Assembly (NCBI GenBank): GCA_963997925.1
Contig: CAXEOX010000001.1
Location: 16,536 to 80,535, forward strand
Length of the DNA: 64,000 nt
Direction of reading: 5' to 3'
Source of the DNA: an uncultured bacterium
GTDB lineage: Bacteria; Chloroflexota; Dehalococcoidia; Lucifugimonadales; UBA3495
Part shown: in pieces, positions 26,418 through 34,861 of the stretch
How the letters are laid out: the number at the start of each line of letters is the position of its first letter
Position numbering within the stretch: the stretch's first letter is position 1
Program-made: the position numbers and the translations under genes
The notes under the pieces: model-generated
The model's database searches: none
Seen by the model: the letters and a program-made list of their open reading frames with translations, nothing else
Told to the model about the DNA's origin: nothing

Positions 26418-26966
26418 ATGTATTCTGAGATTCTAGTGCCGTTAGACGGGTCTCACTTATCGGAGCAAGTACTGCCTTACGTGCGAATGCTGGCAGGCTC
26501 GTTCAGACTGCCGGTCCATCTGTTCCAGCCGTACAGCCCGGTCTCCGAGGAACTAGCTGACCCGCTTCACGGCCGGTATCGGGACGCCGTGTCCGAGTCC
26601 TACCGAAACGAGGCTACGGATTATCTTCACACCATTGGTCAGACGATGGAAGAGATTGGCGTGGCGGTTAGATACTCGGTACGGGAAGGGAGACCCGCAC
26701 ATCTGATTGTCGATGAGGCGGAGAAGAATCCGGGCGCGTTGATCGCCATGTCGACCCACGGTCGTTCCGGTGTCAGCCGGTGGCTGCTGGGCAGCATCAC
26801 CAACAAGGTCCTGCATGCCACCAACGCCCCGCTGCTTGTGGTACGGGCCAGCGAGGGAGAGGACACCACTCCTCCTTCTGAATTGACTTCCATCATCGTA
26901 CAGTTGGACGGCTCCACATTGGCCGAGGAGAGCCTTTCCCACGTCACCGACCTCGCAAGAAAATGA
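26418..26966 (+). CDS. Universal stress protein (USP domain 1 plus the first strand of domain 2)
   Basis: ILVPLDGS...ALIAMSTHGRSGVSRWLLGSITNKVLHATNAPLLVV is followed by a second IIVQLDGSTLAE... start that breaks off at the TGA. Confidence 0.7.
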   Translation: MYSEILVPLDGSHLSEQVLPYVRMLAGSFRLPVHLFQPYSPVSEELADPLHGRYRDAVSESYRNEATDYLHTIGQTMEEIGVAVRYSVREGRPAHLIVDEAEKNPGALIAMSTHGRSGVSRWLLGSITNKVLHATNAPLLVVRASEGEDTTPPSELTSIIVQLDGSTLAEESLSHVTDLARK

Positions 26967-27262
26967 ACCTAAAGGTGATTTTGGTGCGAGTGGAGAGCGA
27001 CGGCGAAGAGGTAAGCAACAATTACCTCCATGCGATTCGGGACAGGTTGTCAGATGAGGGAGTGGCATCGGTGGAAAAGCGGGTGCTACACGGTCATCCC
27101 GCAGTCACCATAGTTGACCTAGCCCATGAGACTGCGAAAAGCCTGGTAACTATGACGACTCACGTCCGCTCCGGGATAGGCCGGTGGGTCTTGGGCAGCG
27201 TAACGGATAGGGTCGTACGGCATTCAGGAGACCCGGTGTTGGTGATTCGCTCTTCGGATTAA
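26963..27262 (+). CDS. Universal stress protein fragment (remainder of USP domain 2; ATGA overlap, -1 frame)
   Basis: LKVILVRV...LVTMTTHVRSGIGRWVLGSVTDRVVRHSGDPVLVI. No RBS precedes its ATG, so it is probably the frameshifted continuation of 26418..26966. Confidence 0.6.
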   Translation: MNLKVILVRVESDGEEVSNNYLHAIRDRLSDEGVASVEKRVLHGHPAVTIVDLAHETAKSLVTMTTHVRSGIGRWVLGSVTDRVVRHSGDPVLVIRSSD

Positions 27263-27286
27263 GAGATATGGGTGGGGGCACCGGGG

Positions 27287-28972
27287 TTAAAGTCCACCCG
27301 CCCGGTGCACCACCTGGCCTCCGACCATGGTGAGCAAGGAATGCAGTCCGGGAATCTCGTCGTCGGGAACGGTTAGCGGGTCATCGGACAGTACCGCTAG
27401 GTCGGCCAGTTTCCCCGGTACCAGCGACCCGCGCCGTTCCTCGTCGAAGCTGAAGTAGGCGCCACCTAGGGCAAAAGCCTTGAGAGCTTCCAGACGGTTC
27501 AGGCACTGGTCCGGGGCCAGCACCTTGCCGGTATGGCGTTCCTGGCGGGTCACCGCCGACCACAGCGTCATAAAGGGATTGAAGGGCTTGTTGTCGGTGC
27601 CGAAGCCGAAGGGCACGCCCAACTCCAGATAGGTTTGGTGGGGCACGGCCAGGGCCGCTGCTTTGGGGTTATCGGCCAACGGTCTGCCCCGCAGCCATAG
27701 CTCGGTGAGCGGAATGGTCTCTAAAACCAACCCCAGCTTCCGGATGCGGTCCAGTTGACTGGCGGTGGTTTCCCTGACGTGGGCCAGGATCCATCGCCGG
27801 TCGTCGATGGGCGTGTCCCGGTGCACTTCTTCAAAGATACTCAACACCTCGTCCAGGCCTTCCCGCACGATGGTATTCACCCTCAGGTTATGCTGCGCCG
27901 CCAGCTTCACCAACCGGCGGTAACGCCCCGGAGGGTTGTACCCTTGGGCGAACCCGGCCCATCCGGTGTAGGGAAGCTCGGCGGAGCGGGCGCGGGAGGT
28001 GTAGCGGCCGCCCCGGTATTGCAAGTAGTAGCCGCTGATACGCAACATGTCGTCGCCGTATCCGGCCCCCGACGCAGAATGGCCCCAACGGTCCATCTCC
28101 TGAGCCGCTTCCTTAACCGACTTCCATGCCGGACTCAAGACCAGATGAGAGCGCACGGTCATCCGCCCCGCGTCCCACAACTCTTTGTAAGCCCGCAGCA
28201 CTTCCGGTGCCACGCCATGCCCCTCGTAGGTCCCGGTGACGCCCACCGAGTTGTAAAGGCCCATGGACTCTTCCAAGGCTTGTACCCGTTGGGAGTGGGT
28301 GAATCTAGGGACCACCTTCATCAATGTGAACTCAAGGGAAGGGAACCGGGCAGTGTCCATCAAGATGCCGGTGGGTTCCCCATTGGCGTCCTTATCGATG
28401 GTCACAGAGGAGTCGGGAGACGGAGTATCGCGGTCTATGCCGGCAAGACGCAACGCCAGACTGTTGGCCACGGCCACCGAAGGCGGCACGTTCCATGGCG
28501 TCCAGATCCCGCGGATATACACGGGGTTATTGGGCGAAACCCTGTCCAACTCCCAGCGGTTGGGATACCGGCCCTCCTGAAGACACTGGGGGACGTCCAA
28601 GTAGCTGGGCTGGTCTCCCACCGGCATGGTGACCACCCACTCGCCGGGAGATGCTTGGTCCACCAGTAGCTTCACCGCTGCCAGAATCTCATCGATAGAC
28701 CGGAGACCCTCCAAAGACGGACAAGCCCGTTTCAGGCCTTCCCGGTCCATGTGGGCATGGATGTCGATGATTCCTGGTATAGCCGTGCGTCCCTGAAGAT
28801 CGATGACTTCGGTACCAGGGTCCGACAGGGCAAGCATGTCCCGGTCACTGCCGACGGCTTGTATCGACTCACCGCTGATGGCCATGGCCTGTTGGACCAC
28901 GCCGTCATCGGCCATGGTCAGTACTTTGCCGTTGTGCAGCACAACGGTGGGGATGTTTTGGCTGGATGACAT
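27287..28972 (-). CDS. Amidohydrolase-3 family metal-dependent hydrolase (YtcJ-like)
   Basis: GRTAIPGIIDIHAHMD, ...GTYEGHG..., ...FGFGTDNKPFNPF... and ...GKLADLAVL... follow the PF07969-type pattern. Confidence 0.8.
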   Translation of the reverse strand: MSSSQNIPTVVLHNGKVLTMADDGVVQQAMAISGESIQAVGSDRDMLALSDPGTEVIDLQGRTAIPGIIDIHAHMDREGLKRACPSLEGLRSIDEILAAVKLLVDQASPGEWVVTMPVGDQPSYLDVPQCLQEGRYPNRWELDRVSPNNPVYIRGIWTPWNVPPSVAVANSLALRLAGIDRDTPSPDSSVTIDKDANGEPTGILMDTARFPSLEFTLMKVVPRFTHSQRVQALEESMGLYNSVGVTGTYEGHGVAPEVLRAYKELWDAGRMTVRSHLVLSPAWKSVKEAAQEMDRWGHSASGAGYGDDMLRISGYYLQYRGGRYTSRARSAELPYTGWAGFAQGYNPPGRYRRLVKLAAQHNLRVNTIVREGLDEVLSIFEEVHRDTPIDDRRWILAHVRETTASQLDRIRKLGLVLETIPLTELWLRGRPLADNPKAAALAVPHQTYLELGVPFGFGTDNKPFNPFMTLWSAVTRQERHTGKVLAPDQCLNRLEALKAFALGGAYFSFDEERRGSLVPGKLADLAVLSDDPLTVPDDEIPGLHSLLTMVGGQVVHRAGGL

Positions 28973-29056
28973 AGGAGGCCCTTATCGTTGGAGGTGTTTG
29001 AGAAAGCGCGGGAATGGGTGGGCGGATCCGGCGCTGGACCCGCCCACTGCCGGAGG

Positions 29057-29587
29057 CTAGGGAGCGAACCAGCCCCTACCCTCGAAGTAGCCTCTCAGGA
29101 AAGCGATCTGGCCCCCGTGGACTATGTTGTCGTATAGCAGGATGCCCAGCATCTCTGAAACCGAACGGGGTTCGGTGGCCGGAGGCACGATGCGGGTCGT
29201 GTCCAGGTCGGCATTGGATAGGCCGTCCAGATACTTCCTGGCCTCGGCTTTGGTTGCCTCGAAGTACCCCAATAAAACGACCTTGGTAGGTGCCTTCCAA
29301 GCGGCTACTTGCTCTGGAGACCAACCCTGTCCGGTCGTTTCCGGGTCATCGCTCAGACCACACTTCTCGACCCATCCATCTTGAACCCACAGTTGGGGTA
29401 TACCCCGGAGCCGCGTTTGGGTGAAAACATCCACCACGCGGGTCATGTGCCAGAGTAGCCAGGCGATGGAGTTGACCTGACCGTCTATCAGGCGGCTCAA
29501 CATGGCATCGTCCAAATTATCCACCGCCCGGTCCACCATTCCCCAGTTGCGTTCCAGTGAAGTTTTGATTACGTCGCTTGCTGGCAT
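29057..29587 (-). CDS. DinB-family (DinB_2) four-helix-bundle protein
   Basis: NSIAWLLWHMTRV...IVHGGQIAFLRGY contains the His-containing helices typical of DinB-like metal-binding proteins. The RBS is AAGGAG. Confidence 0.7.
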   Translation of the reverse strand: MPASDVIKTSLERNWGMVDRAVDNLDDAMLSRLIDGQVNSIAWLLWHMTRVVDVFTQTRLRGIPQLWVQDGWVEKCGLSDDPETTGQGWSPEQVAAWKAPTKVVLLGYFEATKAEARKYLDGLSNADLDTTRIVPPATEPRSVSEMLGILLYDNIVHGGQIAFLRGYFEGRGWFAP

Positions 29588-29685
29588 GATTACTCCTTAA
29601 TCCTTCTAATTAATTTTCCGACCTGGGTAGCGTAACTGTCGAAATAGCTAGTAGTTGTCCCTTCCCGCTTTACGGAGCTTTGCCC

Positions 29686-29839
29686 CAAAGCTGTCATTCT
29701 GAGGTCCGCAGGCCGAAGAATCTGGGGTGGGGTTGTCCGCGCGAACGTGAGCCCACCGCCTCAGACCCTGAGTCCTTCGGCGGAAGGACTCAGGGTGACA
29801 TTACCGGCGGGGCTTTTGAGGCAAAGCCCTTTTACGGGG
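29686..29839. repeat. Cluster of four intergenic hairpins/REP-like elements
   Basis: AGCTTT-GCCCC-AAAGCT (29686-29702); a family-2 repeat GTCATTCTGAGGTCCGCAGGCCGAAGAATCTG (29703-29734); a 12-bp hairpin CCCTGAGTCCTT-CGGCGG-AAGGACTCAGGG (29776-29805); and GGGCTTT-TGAGGC-AAAGCCC (29820-29839). Confidence 0.55.
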
Positions 29840-29865
29840 GAAGGTTAGAATGGGAGTGATTCGGC

Positions 29866-31332
29866 TCACCTCCATCCCAACGTGCTGTTGCCTTCGTCTA
29901 CGTAGGTTGTTTCGCCCACGACAGATAGCTTGATCTGCTGACGGTATACCTTCTCTTTCAGCCGCCGTTCGGTGCTGTGAAGTTCACTCGACCATTCAAC
30001 AGAGTCAGGGTCGGGACCGCCAACCAACGCCTCGGCCAGCACCCGGCCATCCATGGCCTCTCCACCCGGAAGGCCCAACAGGTTCAATATCGTGGGGGCA
30101 ACATCGATGTTGCCCGACGGGACGTCCACGCTGACGCCCCGCTTGAACCCGGGACCCCAAGCAAACATCACGTTGTTCATCTCGTGTTTGCTCATGGAGC
30201 CATGCTGTCCTTGGCCCGCCCGGCCACTGGTGGAGTACACCTTTCCCTGGTAGCCGCCATCGTTGGTGGCCGAGTTCCACCGGAATGACATCGTAATCTC
30301 CGGTCCGCGTGGCCCCTGGTTACCGACGACCGATGAAGGGAAGGTGCCGGTCATTTCACCGATGCTATCCGAAACGGTGAGGGACCCGCACCACTCCTGA
30401 CCCATCAGCCAGATTGCCAAACGTTCAGCAGTCTCCGGGTCACCGTCCGTCGTGTAGAACAGCGCCGAGCCACCATTGTTAGCTACCGCCACCCCGCCGG
30501 GCTCGCCACACGGGGGGAAGCCGGCCTCGCGGACCAAGGCTTCAACATTTATCGGGTGGATGATGCTAGAGTAGCCGTGGTCGGAGACAACCATAACGTT
30601 GGTGTCCGCAGCCCGGCCCGACTCGCTTAGCCAGTCCATAAGTATTCCAAACTGTTGATCGGCTTCTTTGATAGCGCCGTTGGAAAGGTCCGACCCCACC
30701 GGCTCATCGTGCTGGGACTTATCCGGCTCCGAGGACCATATCAGCGCAACAGCAGGATTGCGCTCGGGAAGGATGTACTCGGTTATAATTTTGACGGCTT
30801 GAGCCATCCGTGGGGTGTTAGGCCTGGTCTCGTCCGGCCAGGGTCCGAACCGGGCGGTTATGTCCTCATGAAGACCGTGGGGCAGGGTGAATTCGGGATG
30901 GATCGTCGCACCACCGCTACGCTCCGCCGTGGGGTTCTGCAGATAGGCATTGCCGCTGGTTCCCACTCCTATCGCCACGTACTCCTGACCGTTCTGGGAC
31001 AGTATCTCCCCCAGAGTGGGAGCCAGCAGAACCTGACCGGTTTTCGCCTCAACCTCGGCGAGCTGAGTTTCCAGTGCCGGGATGACATTGGTGGCATCGA
31101 ATTCCCGGACCATCAGGCTATTCCCCGCCAACCCGTGTCCCCCTGGATATCGTCCGGTGACCACGCTGGAGACATTGACCCTGGTGACCGAGGGATAAAC
31201 GGGATGATGGTTAGTGAAGGTGATACCCTGGGCGGCCAACGACGCCAGATTAGGCATCAACTCAGGAATAACCTGAGCCGGTTGAAGCCCGTCAAATACA
31301 GCGATAAGGACCGATGCCATGGGCTCCTCCAC
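29866..31332 (-). CDS. Alkaline-phosphatase-superfamily protein (type I phosphodiesterase / nucleotide pyrophosphatase, NPP-like)
   Basis: LIAVFDGLQPAQV...MPNLASLAAQGITFTNHHPVYPSVTRVNVSSVVTGRYPGGHGLAGN and ...MVVSDHGYS.... The start is GTG at 31332 or ATG at 31320. Confidence 0.8.
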   Translation of the reverse strand: MEEPMASVLIAVFDGLQPAQVIPELMPNLASLAAQGITFTNHHPVYPSVTRVNVSSVVTGRYPGGHGLAGNSLMVREFDATNVIPALETQLAEVEAKTGQVLLAPTLGEILSQNGQEYVAIGVGTSGNAYLQNPTAERSGGATIHPEFTLPHGLHEDITARFGPWPDETRPNTPRMAQAVKIITEYILPERNPAVALIWSSEPDKSQHDEPVGSDLSNGAIKEADQQFGILMDWLSESGRAADTNVMVVSDHGYSSIIHPINVEALVREAGFPPCGEPGGVAVANNGGSALFYTTDGDPETAERLAIWLMGQEWCGSLTVSDSIGEMTGTFPSSVVGNQGPRGPEITMSFRWNSATNDGGYQGKVYSTSGRAGQGQHGSMSKHEMNNVMFAWGPGFKRGVSVDVPSGNIDVAPTILNLLGLPGGEAMDGRVLAEALVGGPDPDSVEWSSELHSTERRLKEKVYRQQIKLSVVGETTYVDEGNSTLGWR

Positions 31333-31610
31333 CTATGGAGTGTTGACTTTGGGAGCAGCAGGGAGCCGGACCCAGAAACCTAACCCTGCGTTAAATCAGC
31401 CCGCATTATAACAACCCTACCGGCCTTAGGTTAGGAACGCATCCTGGGATCGGATTCAGAAGGCTTCATTACCGCCTCTTCGATCGGAATCCAACGTAAT
31501 TGACCCATCTTGGCAGCCTTGCTAGAATCCGTCCGACACAGGCAGACCTTCCCAGGGAAGGCTGCCGCTCCCCGGAGCAGGCCCGGAAGCCGGCGATAAG
31601 GAGAAGTATC

Positions 31611-32756
31611 TTGGTTGAAACATGGGGCACCATAGACAGTTCCGCGGAAGTCGCGACAACACACATCGGGGTGAACGTCTACACCTACGACGCCTGGATG
31701 CGGTCGGTGGGGATTCCCGTGCACACCGGGTTCTTCATTTCCGACCTCCGGACCTTGGAGTTAGAATGGTGGGAAGACCGGGGCTGTAAAGCCGCTTTCA
31801 TCCAATTAATGGGACAGGAAGGAATCATCGAAGCCCGCGTTAGTGAGATTCCTCCCGGCGAGTCCTTGCCCCCTCTCAAACTGTCGGTAGACGAGGTCGT
31901 TTACGTCGTCGAGGGTCAAGGCCTGACCAGCGTTTGGGGAGCAGAAGACTCTCGGCGGCAGACGGTAGAGTGGCAGAAACATAGCATCTTTCTGCTGGAG
32001 CGGAACCGCTACCACCAGTTCAGCAACACACGGGGGGATCTCCCCGTCCGGTTGCTGCATTACAACTACCTGCCCTTGGCCATGTCCACCATCCCAGACC
32101 CAGCTTTTTTCTTCAACAATCCTTACGACGCCCCGGAATCTGCAGGTGGAGAGTTCTACTCCGAAGCCAAGGCCGTGCCTAGGGCCGACCGGCGGGGCCG
32201 CCGGGGATTCCTGTGGAGAGGCAACTTCTTCCCGGACATGCAGAGCTGGGACCAGTTGGACAGCAACGAAACAAGGGGAGCGGGCGGTCACAGCGTCTAC
32301 ATCCAATTCCCCGGCTCGGAGATGTCTTCCCACATGTCCGTGTTCGCCCCTCAACTTTACAAAAAGGCGCATCGCCACGGCCCCGGCCGGGTCATAGTCA
32401 TCCCGGCGGGTGAGGGCTACACCATCCTGTGGGAAGAGGGCAAAGAAAAGATTGTCGTGCCCTGGCAGGAAGGCAGCGCTCTGGTCCCGCCCAACCGGTG
32501 GTTCCACCAGCACTTCAACGTCGGCGGCTCCAAGGCACGATACCTGGCCCTCCATCCGCCACGCCAGTTCCACGGCTACACCGACGAGTCGGTGGGAGAT
32601 TTGTCCAACGATCAGATCGAATACGTTGATGAAGAGCCCTGGGTACGCGAGAAGTTCGAGGAGGAACTGGCCAAACACGGCGTGACCAGTCTCATGCCCG
32701 ACGAAGCCTACAAAGACCGAGACTACCAATGGGATTACCGGACGGCAGCTCAATAA
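31611..32756 (+). CDS. Bicupin protein (second cupin carries an HxH...H metal site)
   Basis: Cupin 1 is IPPGESLPPLKLSVDEVVYVVEGQG, with no His ligands. Cupin 2 is YKKAHRHGPGRVIVIPAGEGYTILW...PPNRWFHQHFNVG. I chose the TTG at 31611, 7 nt after the RBS AAGGAG; the track start at 31500 has no RBS. Confidence 0.6.
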   Translation: MVETWGTIDSSAEVATTHIGVNVYTYDAWMRSVGIPVHTGFFISDLRTLELEWWEDRGCKAAFIQLMGQEGIIEARVSEIPPGESLPPLKLSVDEVVYVVEGQGLTSVWGAEDSRRQTVEWQKHSIFLLERNRYHQFSNTRGDLPVRLLHYNYLPLAMSTIPDPAFFFNNPYDAPESAGGEFYSEAKAVPRADRRGRRGFLWRGNFFPDMQSWDQLDSNETRGAGGHSVYIQFPGSEMSSHMSVFAPQLYKKAHRHGPGRVIVIPAGEGYTILWEEGKEKIVVPWQEGSALVPPNRWFHQHFNVGGSKARYLALHPPRQFHGYTDESVGDLSNDQIEYVDEEPWVREKFEEELAKHGVTSLMPDEAYKDRDYQWDYRTAAQ

Positions 32757-32778
32757 GTTACCGGGAGAATTAAGCTTA

Positions 32779-34344
32779 ATGGACCACGACGAATTCGAAG
32801 ACGGCCTTCACGGTCACAGCCATAGCCATGACAATTTCCCCGACGACCCTCACGACGATCTGGACGACTTCGGTGACGTTGGCGAAGCGGTGGAAATTGA
32901 AGGCATGGAGATGCTCACCATTCGCAGTGTGGGCATCGATATAGGCTCATCCACGTCGCATCTGGTGTTCTCCCAACTGGTACTGAGAAGAGAAGGGGCT
33001 GCGTTTTCCAGCCGGTTCCGGGTAACTGACCGGCAGGTCTTATACCGCTCTCCCATCATGCTGACGCCCTACGTATCCGGAACGTTGATCGACACCGACA
33101 ACATTCGGGAGTTCGTTCGCCAGTCTTACGAGGAAGCCGGATTCACCCCGGAAACCGTGGACACGGGGGCGGTGGTAATCACCGGAGAGGCACTGAAGAA
33201 GGAGAACGCACGGCCCATCAGCGAGCTTTTCGCCAAGGAGTCGGGCAAATTCATCTGCGCGTCCGCCGGACCCAACCACGAAGCATTGCTGGCGGCCCAC
33301 GGGTGCGGAGCGGTGGCCCTATCCAAGGATGAAAGCGCCACTGTCCTAAACATCGACGTGGGCGGCGGCACTACCAAGTTGTCCCTGATACGTAACGGCG
33401 TGGTGACAAGCACTGCTGCCGTCACCGTTGGCGCACGGCTTATCGCCTTCGATGAAGAGAACCAGATAACTAGGCTGGAGGAGCCGGCATTAGACCTGCT
33501 CAATGAAATAGGCCGGATCTTAGCCGTGGGGCGAGCCATCAGCGAATCCGTGAAAGAAGACTTCGCCGCCCGCATGTCCGAGATTCTCGCCTTGGTGATT
33601 CGAAACGCTCCCCTGACCGGGATCGCTGAGCGCTTCCTACTTACAGACCCACTGGAAGACTATCAGGGTCCCTCTGAAGTTGATTATGTCGTGTTTTCCG
33701 GCGGCGTGTCCGAGTACATCTACGACCACGACGCAGCCTCCTACGGAGACCTGGGTCCCCAGTTCGCCCGCCACATCCGCGAAAGCCTGAAAACCGTGTT
33801 CAAAGAAGGGGTAGTGCGCGAAGCCTCTGAAGGCATCCGGGCAACGGTCATCGGGGCCGGGGAGTACACGGTGCAAGCCAGCGGCGGCACCAGCCATCTG
33901 TCCGGATTGGACTCACTTCCGGCTTTCGGGCTACAGGTGGTGCGCCCTTACATGAACGGTCAGGAGTCGGTGGAGCGGGCGATTCAGAGCGCCCTGGCCA
34001 AGTTCGATCTAACCGAATTCGCCCCCGGATTGGCCCTAGCCCTGGAAGTTGAAGAGCCACCCAACTACCGCTCCCTGAAAAGACTGGCCGACGGTATCTC
34101 CTCCGTGGTCAACAACGGCGACGCTACAGATGTCCCGGTGTTCATAGTTCTCGATACCGACGTTGCCAAGTCCCTTGGCGGCATCCTGAAAGAGGAACTG
34201 AAGCTGAGCCAAGACGTGGTGGTGGTTGACGGCATAGACGTGGGAGACCTGGACTACTTGGACATCGGCCTGCCAATGGGCATATCCGAAGTTGTTCCGG
34301 TGACGGTTAAGTCGCTGATATTCCCCACGAAAGAAGAGCGTTAA
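32779..34344 (+). CDS. EutA-family (ethanolamine ammonia-lyase reactivase-like) ASKHA-fold ATPase with a His/Asp-rich N-terminal tail
   Basis: SVGIDIGSSTSHLVFSQLVL...SPIMLTPY...DTGAVVITGEALKKENARPISE...ICASAGPNHEALLAAHGCGA...VLNIDVGGGTTK aligns block-for-block with E. coli EutA as I remember it. The N-terminus is MDHDEFEDGLHGHSHSHDNFPDDPHDDLDDFGD. Confidence 0.8.
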   Translation: MDHDEFEDGLHGHSHSHDNFPDDPHDDLDDFGDVGEAVEIEGMEMLTIRSVGIDIGSSTSHLVFSQLVLRREGAAFSSRFRVTDRQVLYRSPIMLTPYVSGTLIDTDNIREFVRQSYEEAGFTPETVDTGAVVITGEALKKENARPISELFAKESGKFICASAGPNHEALLAAHGCGAVALSKDESATVLNIDVGGGTTKLSLIRNGVVTSTAAVTVGARLIAFDEENQITRLEEPALDLLNEIGRILAVGRAISESVKEDFAARMSEILALVIRNAPLTGIAERFLLTDPLEDYQGPSEVDYVVFSGGVSEYIYDHDAASYGDLGPQFARHIRESLKTVFKEGVVREASEGIRATVIGAGEYTVQASGGTSHLSGLDSLPAFGLQVVRPYMNGQESVERAIQSALAKFDLTEFAPGLALALEVEEPPNYRSLKRLADGISSVVNNGDATDVPVFIVLDTDVAKSLGGILKEELKLSQDVVVVDGIDVGDLDYLDIGLPMGISEVVPVTVKSLIFPTKEER

Positions 34345-34372
34345 AGGCGTTAACCCAAAAGGGAGGAATAAC

Positions 34373-34753
34373 ATGGATATCATCCGCCGCGACTACCCCG
34401 ACCTGCCCCAACCAGCCGGGGCATTCCACCATTCGGTCCGCTGGGGCAACATGCTCTTCATAGCGGGCAGCACCGCCAGGGGCACCCCCGCCGAGAAGGG
34501 AGACATCGCCGCCCAAACTGAGGTGATTCTCCAGAAGTTTCAGACGATATTGGAGGCCAACGGCGGGTCTATGAGTAGCATCGTCAAAGTCACCAGCTTC
34601 GTCACGGACCTGCGGGAAGCAGCCGCCAGCGGCGAAGTCCGGCGCGAGTATTTTAAAGACGGCTTCCCGGCCAGCACTCAAGTGCAGGTTGCCGCTTTGG
34701 GGACGCCGGATATTAAGATAGAGATAGAGGCCATCGCCATACTTCCCGAATAG
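34373..34753 (+). CDS. RidA / YjgF / endoribonuclease L-PSP family protein
   Basis: This 126-aa protein reads PAGAFHHSVRWGNMLFIAGSTA...IVKVTSFVTD...FPASTQVQVAALG...IEIEAIA. The RBS is GGGAGGAA. Confidence 0.85.
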   Translation: MDIIRRDYPDLPQPAGAFHHSVRWGNMLFIAGSTARGTPAEKGDIAAQTEVILQKFQTILEANGGSMSSIVKVTSFVTDLREAAASGEVRREYFKDGFPASTQVQVAALGTPDIKIEIEAIAILPE

Positions 34754-34798
34754 GGCGAGGGATTGTTCCGGGTATCAGGGCTCCATCACCAGCGTAGG

Positions 34799-34827
34799 GG
34801 CAGGTTTGAAACCTGCCCCTACATCGT
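34799..34827. terminator. GTAGGGGCAGGT hairpin (family 1) between convergent genes
   Basis: GTAGGGGCAGGT-TTGAA-ACCTGCCCCTAC has a 12-bp perfect stem. It lies between the ridA-like gene (+) and the lipoprotein gene (-). Confidence 0.5.
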
Positions 34828-34861
34828 CAGGATACCGAACCCGCAAGGTCAACGACCAGCT

